A stretch of DNA of 64,000 nucleotides from Macrostomum lignano (lineage: Eukaryota): positions 124,001-188,000 of the forward strand of contig NIVC01000782.1 in the NCBI GenBank assembly GCA_002269645.1, read 5' to 3'. Made by a program: the position numbers and the translations under genes. Below, in pieces: positions 62,611 to 64,000 of the stretch. Each line of letters starts with the position of its first letter. The first letter of the stretch is position 1. The notes beneath the pieces are model-generated. The model was not told the DNA's origin. It did not search any database and saw only the letters and a list, made by a program, of their open reading frames with translations.

Positions 62611-63467
62611 TAAAAGAAGCGTCATGTCAGACATGAAGGGTGTCATGTAAAAATTAAATGCAGCTATAATGCTGTGCTGGGGAGAAAAAACTGAGACATA
62701 AAGGCTCTCAGAGAATAACTGAGATTACGGGGGGGGGGGGGTTTCTGAGATGTCAAAGTAAAAGTCAGAAGCTACTTCAAAGTTCATGTACTTTACTCAT
62801 TTTTTATTGCATTCTTTGTTGGCTCGCCACGGGGGGCGCTGATAGAAGAAGAGTCATGTAAAAAATAAAAGTAGCACTACGTATACATAAAAGAAAAGTC
62901 ATGTTCAAGTTAAAAGATTAATTTGGGAATTGCTACAATGTCAAAGCTTGGTGGAAATCGTTATAGTGCTTGATTCTTAAAGAAGGAATCACTAAAATGT
63001 CAAGGCTTAGGGGAGAAGAATTGCTGAGATTTCAAGGCTTTAGGTTGGGTTAAAGTTAGGTTTAGGTCAGGTGTGGGTTGAGGGTTATATTTTATCAGGT
63101 TTCAAGGTTAACAGAATAACAGGGGATTTTTTAGATTTCAAGGTTTATGGGGGCCATCGCTGACATGTTAAGGCTTACGGGGGGAATAGCTGAGATGTCA
63201 AGGCTCACGGGGGTATAAATGAGATTTCAAGGCTAAAGTCAGAAGCTACATGTAGTTTATTGAAAACTTTTTATTACATTATTTGATGCCTCCTCAGGGG
63301 AGGGATCGCTGATAAAAAAACGTAATGTAAAAAATAAAAGAAGCTTCATGTCGAAGTTAAGATATTCATTTGGGAATCCCTACGATGTCGAGGCTTGCAG
63401 GGAATCGCTATAATGCTGTAGTAGTGCTATTATGACTCTTAGAGAGAATTACTGAAATTTCAATGCT

Positions 63468-63530
63468 TTAGGGTTAGGTTAGGGTTAGGGTTAGGGTTAG
63501 GGTTAGGGTTCGGCTAGGGTTAGAGTTAGA
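63468..63530 (+). repeat. Interstitial telomeric repeat (TTAGGG)n
   Basis: TTAGGG, TTAGG, five perfect TTAGGG (63479-63508), then degenerate units. Confidence 0.85.
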
Positions 63531-64000
63531 AGGTTGACAGATATTTTTAGATTTCCAAGGCTTATTGGGGGCATTGCTGAGATGTCAAGGGGGGGAAGTT
63601 GATATGTTAAAGCTTGTGGGGGGGGAATTATTGACATGTCAAGGCTTACAAGGTTTGACAGGAGATTTTTTAAGATTTCAAGGATATATATGTAGCTTAT
63701 TAAAAAAAACGTGTATTGCATTTCTTTGGCTCCCCAACGGGGGGCGTAGATTGCTAGTATTATCTATCAATCTTAATTGGCAACAATTATTTTTCTATTT
63801 CATTTCAGCCTAACATTACATGGCCCATCCTCAAACTTGGATGTCACCTTGGTCTTGCCTTTGAAGCATGCAAAGCTACTTGGAATTGGAATTTAATATC
63901 TCGAATGCTACCTTTTGTGAAGCAATGGTAAGTTTTAGTTATAAACTGATTTTTTCTGTCATCAAAATCTGTTATAAGATCAAAATCTATCAAAATCTAT

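Overview
Metazoan nuclear DNA with GC-rich exons and introns filled with minisatellites. The style suggests a Macrostomum-like flatworm, but that is inference only. The minus strand carries a complete 12-exon Mi-2/CHD3-4-5 chromatin remodeller (44767->30271, 1875 aa, all splice phases close). About 1.9 kb downstream is a 6-exon NSD-family gene (PWWP-PHDs-PWWP-AWS-SET-PHD) whose SET domain lacks the SAM-binding and catalytic motifs. Its last exon exists in three copies: one intact, one with a nonsense change, and one attached to a wrecked SET tail. Its last intron hosts an antisense, intronless PAN/mucin/LamG-like gene with three lesions. Further left are a DIRS/Ngaro-type retroelement (SAP+CCCH ORF1, RT-RNaseH in the -1 frame behind an A_AAA_AAC heptamer, no tyrosine recombinase) and a BIR-UBA-RING IAP-like gene whose stop codon abuts a 2.6 kb 20-bp satellite. 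A 1527-bp solo LTR has a CATG target-site duplication (TSD) and a visible empty site. The region 45-64 kb is AT-rich and gene-poor, with two tRNA-derived SINE families (one MIR/CORE-like), several MITE-like palindromes, a Tc1 fossil, G-rich arrays and a short interstitial TTAGGG tract. All calls come from manual reading; no searches were run.
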